From an uncultured Gemmatimonadales bacterium (lineage in GTDB: Bacteria > Gemmatimonadota > Gemmatimonadetes > Gemmatimonadales > GWC2-71-9): 64,000 bases of DNA. Positions 1-11,682 of this stretch are shown one piece after another. The stretch is from NCBI GenBank assembly GCA_963844035.1, contig CAWJMT010000027.1, positions 32,001 through 96,000 of the forward strand. The letters are read 5' to 3'. Positions within the stretch are counted from its first letter, which is position 1. Every line of letters begins with the position of its first letter. The translations under genes were made by a program, and so were the position numbers. The notes beneath the pieces were generated by a model that saw nothing but the letters and a program-made list of their open reading frames with translations, had not been told where the DNA came from and did not search any database.

Positions 1-1025
1 GCGCGGATCGTCTCGGCGATGTCGGCGCCGTTTTGCAGGTAGATCTCGTCGAACAGATTGAGGTTCATGCGGTACAGCCGCTGGGCGATCACGACGGCGT
101 TGTTGAGCGTCGAGGTGGCATACCAGCGCCAGTCGTAGGTCTCGAGTGACTGCCCGACCGGCCCCGTGAGCTGGGTGCGGGCCCACCGGAACAGCGTCGC
201 CCGCGCCTGCGCCACGCCTACCCCGCCCGGAGTGCTCGCGTACGCGGAATCGAGCCGCCGCGCCAGCTCGGAGTAGAACACGTCGAGGATGCGCTCGTCC
301 CGCCAGCGCGCGGCCGCGCGCGCCGCGTCGAGCGAGTCGCCGCGCGACCGGAAGAACGCCTGCGCGCCCCGATAGCCGACGAAGCTCGCAAAGCTCTCGT
401 CGAACGCCGTGTGGCCCTTCACGTACAGCGTGTTGTGCGCCAGCTCGTGCAGCACCGTGGCGACCAGCTCCATCGTGTCCTTGCCCATGATCGTCGAGAG
501 CAGCGGGTCGCTGAAGTAGCCGAGCGTCGAGAACGCTCCCGCGCGGCGCAGGTAGGTGTCGTACCCTTCCTCTTCAAGGTCCGCGGCCGTCTCCCGCGCG
601 CGCGCGAAGTCGAAGAAGCCCTTGTACGGCACCACGCCCACGATCGGATAGGTCCAGGTGTAGGCGCGCAGCCGCTCGCGGCGGCTGGCGGACAGCAGCA
701 GCAGCAGCGTGTCGCGCTTCACGTCGGCGTAGGTGGTGTAGGTGCGGCCGACCGACAGCTGCATCGAGTCCGCCGCGTACGCCCGCGCGTCGAGCACCAG
801 CTGCAGGCGCTGGCGCAGCGGCGCCGGCGTCTTCGAGTCGGCCACGAGCCCCGCGATCGACCGGCGCCGCAGCAGGATGCGGGCTTCCTCGGTTCCGGCG
901 CGCGCGATGTAGCGCGCATCGGCGCTCACGACCAGCGCCAGCAGCACCATCGCCGGCACCCCCACCACCACCCACAGCAGCAGCCGGCGGAACACGCGAC
1001 CCCAGTTCGGGGAACGGCGCAGCAT
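1..1025 (-). CDS. Putative zinc aminopeptidase (DUF2265/PF10023-like), runs off window start
   Basis: Manual minus-strand translation: MLRRSPNWGRVFRRLLLW...WTYPIVGVVPYKGFFD...AFSTLGYFSDPL...VLHELAHNTLYVKGHTAFDESFA (HExxH plus downstream E). Start codon overlaps the upstream stop (TGATG). Confidence 0.8.
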   Translation of the reverse strand, partial: MLRRSPNWGRVFRRLLLWVVVGVPAMVLLALVVSADARYIARAGTEEARILLRRRSIAGLVADSKTPAPLRQRLQLVLDARAYAADSMQLSVGRTYTTYADVKRDTLLLLLSASRRERLRAYTWTYPIVGVVPYKGFFDFARARETAADLEEEGYDTYLRRAGAFSTLGYFSDPLLSTIMGKDTMELVATVLHELAHNTLYVKGHTAFDESFASFVGYRGAQAFFRSRGDSLDAARAAARWRDERILDVFYSELARRLDSAYASTPGGVGVAQARATLFRWARTQLTGPVGQSLETYDWRWYATSTLNNAVVIAQRLYRMNLNLFDEIYLQNGADIAETIR

Positions 1026-1918
1026 CACTTCCCCCATCGCACCCCGACGCGGTGCACCGCGCCGCTCGGCATCTCGAGCGCGCGATAGGCGTAGTCGATC
1101 CGCAGATGCCCCAGTGCCACGCCCGCCCCGAACGCGAAGGGCGACTGGTTGTTCGCCGCCGCGGCACCGCTCACCCCCACGCGGGCGACGAGCCCCACGC
1201 CCCCTCGCGTGACGATCCCGCCCTCCGCGCCGGCCACCAGCACCGACGCTTCCCCCTCCGGCCACTGGCCTTCAAGCGTCGTGCGCAATCGCGCGGTGCC
1301 CTGGGGATCGACGAAATTCATCGTGAGTCCGACGCGGGTGCGGTGCGGCAGGTCTGCTCCGGTGCTCAGATCGCCTCCCAGATTCTGTACGCTCGCACCC
1401 AGCGCGAAGATATCGAACAGCGCGATTGCCACGCCGGCGTCGCCCGCCCATGACTCGACCTGGGCGGTAGAGTCTCCCTCGCGAACGTACTTCACGGATG
1501 CCCCGAGCGCGATCATACCGAAGCGGAATACTACAGAGGAGAGGCCCAGCACGTCGTCGGGTTCCGTGCTTCCCGACGCCGGGCGGAGCATCTGGCCCGC
1601 CAACCCATAGTTGAAATGACCGAGGCGCGTGGCGACCGCGGCGGACGTGTGGGCTACGCCGCCGGGGTACCACGCGTACGACCCTTCGAGCGCGACGCCG
1701 CGAATGGTGGCGAGTCCGGCGGGGTTGGCGAACATCGAGCTCGCGTCACCGACCAGGGCGACTCCGGCGCCACCGAGGCCCGCCGAGCGAGTGGAGCCGG
1801 AGAGAAAGGTGATGCTGGGCGGCGACTGGGCGGTCAGGCGGTCAGGCGGTCGGGCGGTCAGCGAAGCGAGGATCGTCCAGACCGCCAGACCGCCTGGCCG
1901 CCTGACCGCCAGACTCAT
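1025..1918 (-). CDS. PorV/PorQ (UPF0164)-like outer-membrane beta-barrel protein
   Basis: C-terminal part of ORF 1025..2641 from MSLAVRR. Contains STRSAGLGGAGVALVGDASSMFANPAGLA, the typical FadL/PorV-family N-terminus, then amphipathic strands ending RIDYAYR...HRVGVRW. Confidence 0.65.
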   Translation of the reverse strand: MSLAVRRPGGLAVWTILASLTARPPDRLTAQSPPSITFLSGSTRSAGLGGAGVALVGDASSMFANPAGLATIRGVALEGSYAWYPGGVAHTSAAVATRLGHFNYGLAGQMLRPASGSTEPDDVLGLSSVVFRFGMIALGASVKYVREGDSTAQVESWAGDAGVAIALFDIFALGASVQNLGGDLSTGADLPHRTRVGLTMNFVDPQGTARLRTTLEGQWPEGEASVLVAGAEGGIVTRGGVGLVARVGVSGAAAANNQSPFAFGAGVALGHLRIDYAYRALEMPSGAVHRVGVRWGK

Positions 1919-3610
1919 CGGATCCGAAGCACGTTGAGCCGCGGTACCACGAACTTTGCAGCAAGGCGCCGGTCGCTGTCGCTGAACAGCAGCGTGAATT
2001 GGCCGCCGCCCGGCTCCTGCAGCGCACGCTGATATGTCCCGGCCGAGCCCGCGTAGATGGTGCCGGTCACATTGATGGCGTTCCCCGGCCCGCCGGGTGG
2101 CGGCGAGCGGGAACGTCGCCGGGAGTCGGCTGGGGCGTCGCCTGCGGTGCACGACGCGTGTCAACGCCGGGAAGTCCGAGCGGAACGCCCAGGACTTGTA
2201 CTTCGGACGTCGCGGGGGCGGTGATAGCCCGGCAGATCGGACACCCAGTTCGCGAGCACCCACCGGCGGGCCACCGTGGCGAACGGCATGCCGGCGCGTT
2301 GCGCCACGTTGGTGGTGCCCGTCGCGGTCGTCTGGACGAGCTGCCGCGTGAAGACCGCCTGCGGCCGCAATGCTGGTGTCCGTGGCATACTGATCAATCA
2401 GGTAGCGCACGAACGCCCACCAGGCGCCGCGCTCCGCCAAACCGCCGATTCCGCTCTCGCCGACCAGTGCCACGGCTCCGGGGTTCGCCAGGTACGCGCC
2501 GAAGTTGTCCACGTCACCGCGAACGTGCAGGCAGTAGCGTGTGCTGTCGCCGGCCTTGAGGAACACCCGCCCCCCCAGCTCCTCTGCGTAGTGCGACAGG
2601 CCCTCATTCATCCACAGGGTCTCGGCGGCGCCGCCACGCACCAGCGACGTGCTGGTTGAAGCTGATCATGTGCTGGAACTCGTGGATGAACGTCACGGGG
2701 ATCGACACGATTCACCTGCGTGACCGAGTGAGCGCAGGACAGCGTCGCGCTCGGGTCCGCCACGACCGTGTAGAACACCTCGCCGTTGTTCCACTGCGTG
2801 CGCGTGCCGGGGCGATATCGGCCGCGAAGAAAAATCCCGCGACGTAGCCGCTGTCTGATGCACTGCGATGCGGTGACGAGCCGGTTCACGACGTTGCTCA
2901 TCAGTACGATCACGCGTCCGTTCCCGTCGATGTCCGACTCACGCCCGAACGCGACGGTGTCCGCCGCGTACAGCAGCGTATCGAAGTCGGAGCGCAGCTT
3001 GTCGTAGTCCGCCGTCGTGAGGCCGTTGGCGGGCGCGGCGTTGTCCACGTACACGATGACGTGCTGTCCCACGCTGCGCGCGGTGGCGTTGACCGTGGTG
3101 AACATGTTCGGGTTCGTGAGGTTCGCGAGCACCTTGAACGTGCGCGGGTTGCCGACCGTATCCCCCGGCCCGGCGCTCTGCACCGCGGCGCCCGCGGGAG
3201 CGGCGCCCGCCGTCGCGCCGGCCGGCAGCGGGTAGACACCGGACTGCTCCATCAGCCGCAACCGATCGTGGAACTGCTGCAGCGGGAGAGGGCGGTTCCG
3301 CCGCGAGCTGTGCGGCGACGAGGGATCCCGACAGGATCGGCGCGCCACCGGCCAGCTTGAAGCTCGAGTGGATATCGGCACCGGTCGCCGCCGACTGCGG
3401 CACCAGGAGATACTCGGCGGAGTCCGTGACCGACGTGTTCGCCGCAAAGATCACGCAGCCCGCGCTCGGCCCCGGGTCGATGGCCGTGTCGGCCGCGACC
3501 GCCAGGCCGATCGGCTGCACCGTGGTGTGACACGCGGCTTGCTCCGGAGCCATCGGGTCACCGTTGCACGCAATCGTAGCCAGAATCGCCGCCGCGACAG
3601 TCCGTCTCAT
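1915..3610 (-). CDS. Zinc metallopeptidase lipoprotein (gluzincin/M30-like), paralog 1, frameshifted in this sequence
   Basis: Lipobox-like TIAC. Pieces in several frames: FGRESDIDGNGRVIVL, HEFQHMISFNQH, LWMNEGLSHYAEE. Ends PRLNVLRIR-stop, overlapping the next ATG. Confidence 0.75.
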
Positions 3611-5276
3611 CGAATCCTCACCACGTTGAGTCGTGGGAACACCGAGGTCTTGAGCTGCGCCCCGGTCGCATCACCGTACAACATCGTGTACGACGCCCCG
3701 CCCGGCCCCTGCAGCGCGCGCTGATATGCGCCGGGCGACGCCGGATGTCATCTCACCCGTCAGATTGACCGTCTCTCCCGCGCCGGCCGTGGCCGTGAGC
3801 GGGAAGGTCGAAGGAATCGTGTTGCCGCATCGCGTGCGCAGCTTCGGGTACGCCGTGCGGAACGCCCACTTCGTGTACTTGAGCGCCGCCGGCGCGGTGA
3901 ATCCCGGCAAATCCGACGCCCAGAGGGCCAGTGCCCATTCGCTGGCGCTGGTAGCAGAACGGCACGCCCGTCGCCTGCGACACGTTGTTGGTGCTCCTGA
4001 GAGCCGTCTGGACGAGCGCGCGCGTCACGCCGTTCTGCGAGGCGAGGGCGGTATCGCCCGCAAAGCGATCCACCAGGTAACGCACGTACAGCCACCCCGC
4101 ACCGCGGTTCGCGAGCCCGCCGATCCCCGCCGTGTCGACCAACGGGTACGTCCCGGGCTCCTGAAGATATTGATAGGCGTTTTGCATGTCTCCACTCACA
4201 TAGTTGCAGTACGTCGTGCTGTCGCCCGGCAGGTAGGTGCGCCCGCCCAGCTCCTCGGCGTAATGCGACAGCCCTTCGTTCAGCCACAGCATCTCGGACT
4301 TGCCGTGGCGAATCAGCACGTGCTGGTTGTAGCTGATCATGTGCTGGAACTCGTGCACCAGGGTCGTGGGGACCACGCGTTTCACCGTGGTAACGGAATG
4401 CGAGCAGCTCAGCGTCCCGGCCGGATCGGCGACCATCGTGAAGAAAATCTCGCCGTTGTTGAAGATTGGGCGCCGACGACGGATCGATGTCGGCGCCGTA
4501 GAAGTACCCCGCGACGTAGCCGCTCGACTGGCACTCCGTGGTCGTGACGAGCTTGTTCACCACGTTGGTCATGAGCACGATCACCAGCCCGTTGCCGTCG
4601 ATGTCCGACTCCCGCCCGAACGCGGCCGTATCGGCGGCGTACAGCTGCTGGTCGAACGCATCGCGCAACGCGTTGTAGTCCGCCGTGGACATCCCGCCGC
4701 GGGCGCGGCATTGTCCACGAACAGGGCGATGTGCGTCCCGACGCTCTGCGCCGTGGCCGGGACGGAGACCGATGAGCTGCCGTTGCTGATGTTGGAGAGC
4801 ACCTTGAACGTCCGCTGGTCCCCCACGTTGATCACCGCGGGCGGTGCGGCAGCCTGGAAGCGGGGGCCGCTGCTGCCGGGAGCGAGGGTCGCGTAGGCGC
4901 GCTGCGCCTCGAGCTCGCGCAGCATCGTATGGAATTGCTGGGCGGGTGACCCCGGCGCCGACCCCTCATCCGCCACGATCTGGGCGGCGGCCATCGAAGG
5001 CAATCCACCGGTCAGCTTGAAGGTCGTGGTGAAGTCCGCGGTCTCCGTCACCGTCTGCGGCACCAGAACGTACTCGGCCGAATCAATCCCAGCGTTAGCC
5101 GGGAAGACTACGCACCCCTGCGAAGGGACCGGGTCGATGACCTTGTACTGCCCCACCGCCAACGCCAGCGGCGTCACCGCCATCAGGTGGCAGATCGCTT
5201 GCGGGGGCGCCGTCACGTTGTCCACGCACGCCGCCGCCCCCACCACCAGCGCCCAGACCCCTACCCCCACTCCCAT
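3607..5276 (-). CDS. Zinc metallopeptidase lipoprotein (gluzincin/M30-like), paralog 2, frameshifted in this sequence
   Basis: Lipobox AAAC; FGRESDIDGNG; HEFQHMISYNQH...WLNEGLSHYAEE; ends PRLNVVRIR-stop. Start may be ~15-18 nt further upstream. Confidence 0.75.
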
Positions 5277-6579
5277 CCGCTTCTGTACCACCAAGATGCC
5301 CCCCCTCCCGCAATTCCCCCGCGCGCGCCAGCCCACGCCGGAAGCAGATCGGACCGACGATCTCGTGCACCGCGACTACGGCAACTATGAATGCTTCGAG
5401 CGAGACGCCCGAGGCAGGTAGGGCCCGCCGGACCAAGGGCGCCAAACCGAGGGCAAACCCGGCTTGAGAGATAAGCCCGAGCCACCCCTCCCGCGCAAGG
5501 GCCGGCGCCACATCCTGACGACGGCCGGCCCATTGTACCCCGAAGCGCAGCGAAGTGGCACGCAGACCGGCCAGAAGCACCGCCCACGGCCACAGTTCCG
5601 CCAGGGCATCCACCTGCAAACCGGCGCCCGCCAGCACGAAACACACGAGATAGATAGGAAGGGACTGCTGCCTGAGGGCGCGCGTGACCTCGGCGCCCTG
5701 CACCGGGGCGACGTTCGCCAGGTAGAGTCCCGCCGCCAGGCCGACCAGGACCGGATCGACGTGGACCACCCGCGCCGCCGTGGCGGCCAGAAACCCCGCG
5801 ACCCCGAGGAGCAGGACCCCCTCGCGCCGCGCCGGCGGCTGGTAGTGCGCCACCAGCACACCCAGCACGCCCCCCGCGGCCAGGGCGCCGCACAGCCGCG
5901 CCAGCGCTTCTCCCGCGGCGCGCAGGTTCACGGCGCCCGGGCTCGCGAGCGGGAACGCGAACAGCAGCACGAACGTCAGCACCAGGGGCGCGAGCAGCAC
6001 CTGTGCGCTCGCCACCCCCAGCACGCTGCGCGCGAACGGCCCGCGCGACTCCAGCTCGTCCATCATCGCCATGGTGACGGTGGGCGATCCAATACTCGCA
6101 AACGTGGCCAGGACGAGCGCCACCGCCATCGCGCTGCCGAACGACAGATGACGGGTGAGGGGGAACCACGGGCTCACGCTCATCACGACGAGCGCGACGG
6201 CGGCGAACGGAAACGCGATCGCGCCCGCCGTCATGCGCGCGAACCCGATCCGTAAGACTCCGAGTGCGCGCACGTCGAGTGCGCTGCCGGCGGCGAGCGC
6301 GATCAGCGCGATGCTCGCATCGGAGATGAGGCGCAGCGCCGCCAGCTCGTCGGCGCGAATCAGGTTCAGCCACGGCGGCCCCACGCAGAAGCCGACGAGC
6401 AGGAACGCAATGATGCGGGGGAGTCGGACGCGGGGCGCGAGCTCGGCACCGAGCCACGCCGCTATCAGCAGGAACCCGAGGGCGAGTGTCGCCCGGGCTT
6501 CAACGGGACCGTGCGCGGTGAGGTGATGGACCAACGCCATCATCAGTCCCAACGCGAGGAGGCTCGCGACCCACCGCAT
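5095..6579 (-). CDS. Cation:proton antiporter (Na+/H+ exchanger family)
   Basis: C-terminal part of ORF 5095..9510 from MRWVASLL. Multi-TM, with [21 protein letters not shown] and [12 protein letters not shown] motifs. The low-complexity 3' tail overlaps the next gene, so the end is uncertain. Confidence 0.8.
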   Translation of the reverse strand: MRWVASLLALGLMMALVHHLTAHGPVEARATLALGFLLIAAWLGAELAPRVRLPRIIAFLLVGFCVGPPWLNLIRADELAALRLISDASIALIALAAGSALDVRALGVLRIGFARMTAGAIAFPFAAVALVVMSVSPWFPLTRHLSFGSAMAVALVLATFASIGSPTVTMAMMDELESRGPFARSVLGVASAQVLLAPLVLTFVLLFAFPLASPGAVNLRAAGEALARLCGALAAGGVLGVLVAHYQPPARREGVLLLGVAGFLAATAARVVHVDPVLVGLAAGLYLANVAPVQGAEVTRALRQQSLPIYLVCFVLAGAGLQVDALAELWPWAVLLAGLRATSLRFGVQWAGRRQDVAPALAREGWLGLISQAGFALGLAPLVRRALPASGVSLEAFIVAVVAVHEIVGPICFRRGLARAGELREGGHLGGTEADGSGGRGLGAGGGGGGVRGQRDGAPASDLPPDGGDAAGVGGGAVQGHRPGPFAGVRSLPG

Positions 6580-6586
6580 GGCGGGC

Positions 6587-6638
6587 AACATACGCGCAAC
6601 AATGGGCTTTTGACAATGCAGCCGAGCGCCGGTATCTT
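6587..6638. promoter_or_regulatory. Back-to-back sigma-70-like promoters with overlapping -35 elements
   Basis: Plus strand: TTGACA(6610-6615)-17-TATCTT(6633-6638). Minus strand: TTGTCA(6616-6611)-18-TATGTT(6592-6587). Confidence 0.6.
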
Positions 6639-6644
6639 CCCGAA

Positions 6645-7248
6645 GTGAGCGGAAAAAATTGGATTGAGGACGTGCACTTCGGGGACGACGGACTCGTCCC
6701 CGTCGTCGCTCAGAGCGCTCTCGCGGGCGAAGTGCTGATGGTGGCGTACGCCGACCGCGAAGCGCTGGAGCGCACGCGCGAGACGGGCGAGGCGCACTAC
6801 CACAGCCGCAGCCGCGGCAAGCTGTGGAAGAAGGGCGAAACCTCGGGCCACACCCAGCACGGTCGAAGACGTGCGGGTGGACTGCGACGGGGATGCCGTC
6901 CTCTATGTGGTGCGGCAGCAGGGCCCCGCCTGCCACACCGGGTCTCCCACCTGCTTCGGCGAGCCCACCGGCGCCGTCCTCACCCGCCTCGCCGGCACGA
7001 TCGCCGACCGGGGGCGCACGCGCCCGGCCGGGTCGTACACGGCCCGCCTCCTGAACGACGGTGTGGGGCGGATCGCCCAGAAGGTCGGCGAGGAAGCGGT
7101 GGAAACGGTCGTGGCCGCCACGAGCGAGGACGCCGCGCGCCTGACGAACGAGGCGGCCGATCTCTTCTATCATCTCCTCGTGCTGCTCGAGGCGAAGCGC
7201 CTCCCGCTCGACCGGGTCTTCGAGGAGCTCGCGCAGCGGGCCCGATAA
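6645..7248 (+). CDS. hisIE: Bifunctional phosphoribosyl-AMP cyclohydrolase / phosphoribosyl-ATP pyrophosphohydrolase (frameshift ~6860)
   Basis: [15 protein letters not shown], then DCDGDA...GPACHTG...CF and SYTARL...KVGEEAVE...EAADLFYH in the next frame. Confidence 0.92.
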
Positions 7249-7254
7249 GACACG

Positions 7255-10200
7255 ATGGCGTTCGTCCACCTCCACACCCACAGCGAGTACTCCCTCCTCG
7301 ACGGCGCCAACCGCATCCCCGACTTGCTCGACCGGGTCCGCACGCTGGGCATGGACTCGATCGCCCTGACCGATCACGGCAACCTGCACGGCGCCTGGTC
7401 CTTCTATGAAGAAGCGAAGGCCCGCAAGCTGCGCCCGATTCTCGGATTCGAAGCCTATCTGGCGTTCGGCAGCCGCCACCGCCGCGAAAAACTCCCGGGC
7501 GCTCCGGCCGACTACTCGCACCTCGTGCTGCTCGCCAGAAACCGCACCGGCTACGCCAACCTCATCAAGCTGTCGTCCATCGGGTTTCTCGAGGGGTTCT
7601 ACCGCCGGCCGCGCATCGATCGTGAAGTGCTGGAGCGTCATCACGAAGGCATCGTCTGCCTCGCCGCCTGCCTCTCGGGCGAGGTGCCGCTCTACCTCCG
7701 CCAGGGGAACTACGAGCAGGCGAAGGCGAGCGCGCAGTGGTTCGCGCAGACGTTCGGGCCCGACGGCTTCTGGCTCGAAGTCCAGAGCCACGGCATTCCC
7801 GAGGAGCGCGTGGTGGCCGACGGGATCTTCCGGCTGGCCGCGGACGTGGGGCTTCCGGTGGTCGCCACCAACGACGCGCACTACCTCCGGAAGGAAGACG
7901 CCGAAGCGCACGACGTGCTGCTCGCGATCGGGACGGGGAAGGATCTCGACGACCCCAACCGGTTCCGGTTCACCGGCCAGGAGAGCTACGTCAAGTCCGA
8001 AGCCGAGATGCGCGCGCTGTTCCCCGATCGGCCCGACTTGCTCGCGGAGACGGCGCGCGTCGCCGAGACGTGCGAGCTCGACTTCGAGAAGCGCTACTTC
8101 CTGCCGCAGTACCCCCGGCCGGCCGAGTTCGCGTCCGATGTCGACCTGCTGGTGCACCTCGCGCGCGCCGGCGCGCGCGCGCGCTACGGCGATCCCCTGC
8201 CCCCCGCGATCGAGACCCGGCTGCAGTTCGAGCTCGACGTCATCACCAGCACCGGGTACGCCGGCTACTTCCTGATCGTCTATGACTTCATCAAGGCGGC
8301 AGTCGACCGCGGTATCCCCGTGGGCCCCGGCCGCGGTTCCGCCGCCGGTTCGCTCGTCGCCTACGCCCTCGGCATCACCAAGATCGACCCGCTCAAGTTC
8401 GATCTGCTGTTCGAGCGCTTCTTGAATCCCGAGCGGATTTCCATGCCCGACATCGATCTCGATTTCTGCTTCGAGCGGCGCGGCGAGGTCATCCAGTACG
8501 TGCGCGAGCGCTACGGGCGCGAATCGGTCGGCCAGATCATCACATTCGGGACGCTCAAGTCGCGCGCCGCCTTCCGCGACGTCGCGCGGACGCTGCGGGT
8601 CGAACAGAGCGAGGTGGACCGCTGCACCAAGCTGATCCCCGCCGGTCCCGGCGTCACCACGACCCTGGCCGAGGCGGCGGAGCGCATCCCCGAGCTGGCC
8701 GCGATCGCCCGTCAGGATGACCGCATCCGCAAAGTGCTCGACCTCGGCTCGCGCATCGAAGGCCTGGCGCGCCACGCGTCGGTGCACGCCGCCGGGATCG
8801 TCATCGCCCCCGGGCCGCTCAGCGACTACGTGCCCGTCTGTCTCGCCCCGCAGGAGCCGGACGCGATCATCACCCAGTACGACATGGTGGCGCTCGAAAA
8901 GGCCGGGATGCTGAAGATCGACATCTTGGGCCTCAAGACCCTCACCGTGATCCACGACGCCGTCGCGATGGTCCGCGAGCGTCACGGCGTCACGCTCGAC
9001 ATCGACGGCCTCGATCTCGAGGATCCCAAGGTCTACGCGCTGCTGCGGGCGGGCCGCACGGCGGGGGTCTTCCAGTTCGAGTCGGCGCTCGCCACCGACT
9101 GCCTGCGCAACATGAAGTGCGACCGGTTCGACGACCTGGTGGCGACGAACGCGTTGCTCCGGCCCGGGCCGCTCGACACCGGCATGCATCTCGTTTTCAT
9201 CAACCGCAAGCTCGGCCGCGAGCCGGTGCGCTATCCGCACCCCGCCCTCGAGGAGATCCTCGCGCCCACCTACGGCGTCATTACCTACCAGGAGCAGGTG
9301 ATGCGGATCGCCAACATCCTGGCCGGGTTCTCGCTCGCCGAAGCCGATGTGCTGCGCAAGGCGGTGGGAAAGAAGGACAAGGAGCTCATCCAGCAGGAGA
9401 TGGGGCGGTTCACGGAGCGCGCCATCGCCGCCGGGCACACGCGCAAGGTGGTCGAGGACATCGCGGCCCAGATCGAGACCTTCGGGCGCTACGGGTTCAA
9501 CAAGTCGCACTCGGTGGCGTACTCGGTCCTTTCCTATCAGACCGCCTGGCTCAAGGCTTCCTATCCCGCCGAGTTCATGGCGGCGCTGCTCTCATCCGAA
9601 ATCGGCGACACCGACAAGGTGGTCCAGTACATCAACGAGGCGCGCGAGCTGGGTCTCGAGGTGCTCCCCCCCGACGTGAACGAATCCGGATTCAAGTTCA
9701 CCGTCATCGGCGAGCGGCGGATCCGTTTCGGCCTGGGCGCGGTCAAGAACGTGGGCGCGGGCGCCATCGCGTCCATTCTCGAGGGGCGGCGCGACGGGCC
9801 CTACCGCTCGCTCGTGGACCTGTGCGACGGCATCGACCTGCGGCTCTGCAACAAACGGGTGATCGAGTCCCTGATCGACGCGGGCGCCTGCGACTCCCTC
9901 GGCGGTCACCGCTCCCAGCTCGTGGCCGCGCTCGAGCACGCCTTCGGCGAAGCGCAGGTCCTCCAGTCCGAGCGGGACGCCGGTCAGCACGCCCTGTTCG
10001 GCGAACATGCCGCCGTGCCCCGGCCCCCGTCGTCGCTCCCCGACCTGCCGCCCTGGAGCGAAAAGGAACGCCTCACCCGCGAGAAAGCGGTGTTGGGGTT
10101 CTTCATTTCCGGCCACCCCCTCGCCAAATACCGCGCGGAGGTGGAGCTTTTCGGGACGCGCACGACGGCGACGCTCGGCACCTGGAGCCCGCAGAAGGTC

Positions 10201-10707
10201 CGCGTGGCCGCCGTCGTGACGGTGGTGAAGCGGCAGATCTCGAAGAAGAGCGGCGCCGAGTACGCCCGGATCACGCTGGAAGACTTCCACGGCACGGCGG
10301 AGGCGCTCGTCTTCCCCGAGGCCTGGGCCAAGTTGAACGACGTGATCCGCGCCGACAGCGCCCTGCTCTTGACCGGCAGCCACAGCGCGCGCGATCGCGA
10401 CGAGCAGCAGGCGCCGTTCATCGTGGAGCAGGTACGGCCGCTCGAGGAGCTGCGGGTGAGCGGCGCGGTCGCGGTGGCGCTGTCGTGGCCGGCCGACCGC
10501 CCGACCGATCCCGCCACGGCCCGGGCGGTGGCGGCGTTGTGTGCGGCCCACCCCGGGCCCGCGCCCGTGCTGGTCGAGTGGGGCGACGGCAACGGCACGA
10601 CCGCGCGGCTGCGCAGCCGCGCCTTCCGCGTCGATGCGGCGGACGAGCTCATCGCGGCGCTGCGCGAGCTGCTGGGCGCCGATCACGTACACCTGAGGGC
10701 GGCCTGA
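7255..10707 (+). CDS. dnaE: DNA polymerase III alpha subunit
   Basis: [18 protein letters not shown] domain, [28 protein letters not shown] fold. Confidence 0.98.
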   Translation: MAFVHLHTHSEYSLLDGANRIPDLLDRVRTLGMDSIALTDHGNLHGAWSFYEEAKARKLRPILGFEAYLAFGSRHRREKLPGAPADYSHLVLLARNRTGYANLIKLSSIGFLEGFYRRPRIDREVLERHHEGIVCLAACLSGEVPLYLRQGNYEQAKASAQWFAQTFGPDGFWLEVQSHGIPEERVVADGIFRLAADVGLPVVATNDAHYLRKEDAEAHDVLLAIGTGKDLDDPNRFRFTGQESYVKSEAEMRALFPDRPDLLAETARVAETCELDFEKRYFLPQYPRPAEFASDVDLLVHLARAGARARYGDPLPPAIETRLQFELDVITSTGYAGYFLIVYDFIKAAVDRGIPVGPGRGSAAGSLVAYALGITKIDPLKFDLLFERFLNPERISMPDIDLDFCFERRGEVIQYVRERYGRESVGQIITFGTLKSRAAFRDVARTLRVEQSEVDRCTKLIPAGPGVTTTLAEAAERIPELAAIARQDDRIRKVLDLGSRIEGLARHASVHAAGIVIAPGPLSDYVPVCLAPQEPDAIITQYDMVALEKAGMLKIDILGLKTLTVIHDAVAMVRERHGVTLDIDGLDLEDPKVYALLRAGRTAGVFQFESALATDCLRNMKCDRFDDLVATNALLRPGPLDTGMHLVFINRKLGREPVRYPHPALEEILAPTYGVITYQEQVMRIANILAGFSLAEADVLRKAVGKKDKELIQQEMGRFTERAIAAGHTRKVVEDIAAQIETFGRYGFNKSHSVAYSVLSYQTAWLKASYPAEFMAALLSSEIGDTDKVVQYINEARELGLEVLPPDVNESGFKFTVIGERRIRFGLGAVKNVGAGAIASILEGRRDGPYRSLVDLCDGIDLRLCNKRVIESLIDAGACDSLGGHRSQLVAALEHAFGEAQVLQSERDAGQHALFGEHAAVPRPPSSLPDLPPWSEKERLTREKAVLGFFISGHPLAKYRAEVELFGTRTTATLGTWSPQKVRVAAVVTVVKRQISKKSGAEYARITLEDFHGTAEALVFPEAWAKLNDVIRADSALLLTGSHSARDRDEQQAPFIVEQVRPLEELRVSGAVAVALSWPADRPTDPATARAVAALCAAHPGPAPVLVEWGDGNGTTARLRSRAFRVDAADELIAALRELLGADHVHLRAA

Positions 10708-10711
10708 GCCG

Positions 10712-11671
10712 ATGGCGACACACACCCTGGACTTCGAGCGCCCGCTGCTCGAGCTCGAGCGACAGATCGACGAGCTCAAGCGGGTGGCCGGCGAAACCGC
10801 GGTCGACGTCGAGAAGGAAATCGCCCCGCTCGAGCGCAAGCTCGCGGCCATGCGCGCCGAGATCTACCGCAACCTGACGCCGATGCAGCGCGTGCAGGTG
10901 GCCCGCCACCCGCGGCGGCCCTACACCCTCGACTACCTGCGCACGGTGTTCAGCGACTTCGTCGAGCTGCACGGCGATCGCCTGTACCGCGACGATCCCG
11001 CGATCGTCGGCGGGTGGGCGCGCCTCGACGGCGCGAGCGTCATGGTGATCGGCCACCAGAAGGGCCGCGACACCAAGGAAAACCTGCGGCGCAACTTCGG
11101 CATGGCCCATCCCGAGGGATACCGCAAGGCGCTGCGGCTGTTGCGCCTCGCGGAAAAGTTCGGCGCGCCGGTCATCACGCTCATCGACACCCCCGGGGCC
11201 TACCCCGGCCTCGGCGCCGAGGAGCGCGGCCAGGCGGAAGCGATCGCCCGCAACCTGCTCGAGATGGCCGGGCTGCGCACCCCGATCATCGCCGCCGTCG
11301 TGGGCGAGGGTGGGTCCGGGGGCGCGCTGGCGGTGGGGCTCGCCGACCGCGTGATCATGCTCGAGAACTCCGTGTACTCGGTCATCTCGCCCGAAGGGTG
11401 CGCCGCCATCCTCTGGAAGGACGCGAGCCAGCGCGAGCGCGCCGCCGAGGCCCTCAAGCTCACCCCCGCCGACCTGCTCGAGCTCGGCGTGATCGACGAA
11501 ATCGTGCCCGAGCCGCCGGGGGGCGCGCACGCCGATCCCGACGCGGCCGCCGAATCGCTGGGCGACGCTCTGCGCCGGCACCTCCGCCAGCTCCGCCGCA
11601 TCAAGGTCGAGAAGCTGCTGCGGCGGCGTGAGGAGAAATACCTCTCAATGGGCGCGATGAGCGAGCCGTGA
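10712..11671 (+). CDS. accA: Acetyl-CoA carboxylase carboxyltransferase alpha
   Basis: [41 protein letters not shown]. Confidence 0.97.
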   Translation: MATHTLDFERPLLELERQIDELKRVAGETAVDVEKEIAPLERKLAAMRAEIYRNLTPMQRVQVARHPRRPYTLDYLRTVFSDFVELHGDRLYRDDPAIVGGWARLDGASVMVIGHQKGRDTKENLRRNFGMAHPEGYRKALRLLRLAEKFGAPVITLIDTPGAYPGLGAEERGQAEAIARNLLEMAGLRTPIIAAVVGEGGSGGALAVGLADRVIMLENSVYSVISPEGCAAILWKDASQRERAAEALKLTPADLLELGVIDEIVPEPPGGAHADPDAAAESLGDALRRHLRQLRRIKVEKLLRRREEKYLSMGAMSEP

Positions 11672-11682
11672 GTTGATCCGCA

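Noticed and set aside
6580..9510. 1471-aa minus-strand ORF as a giant antiporter fusion
   Set aside because: The N-terminal ~980 aa is the antisense shadow of hisIE/dnaE in high-GC DNA; only the part from 6579 is protein-like.
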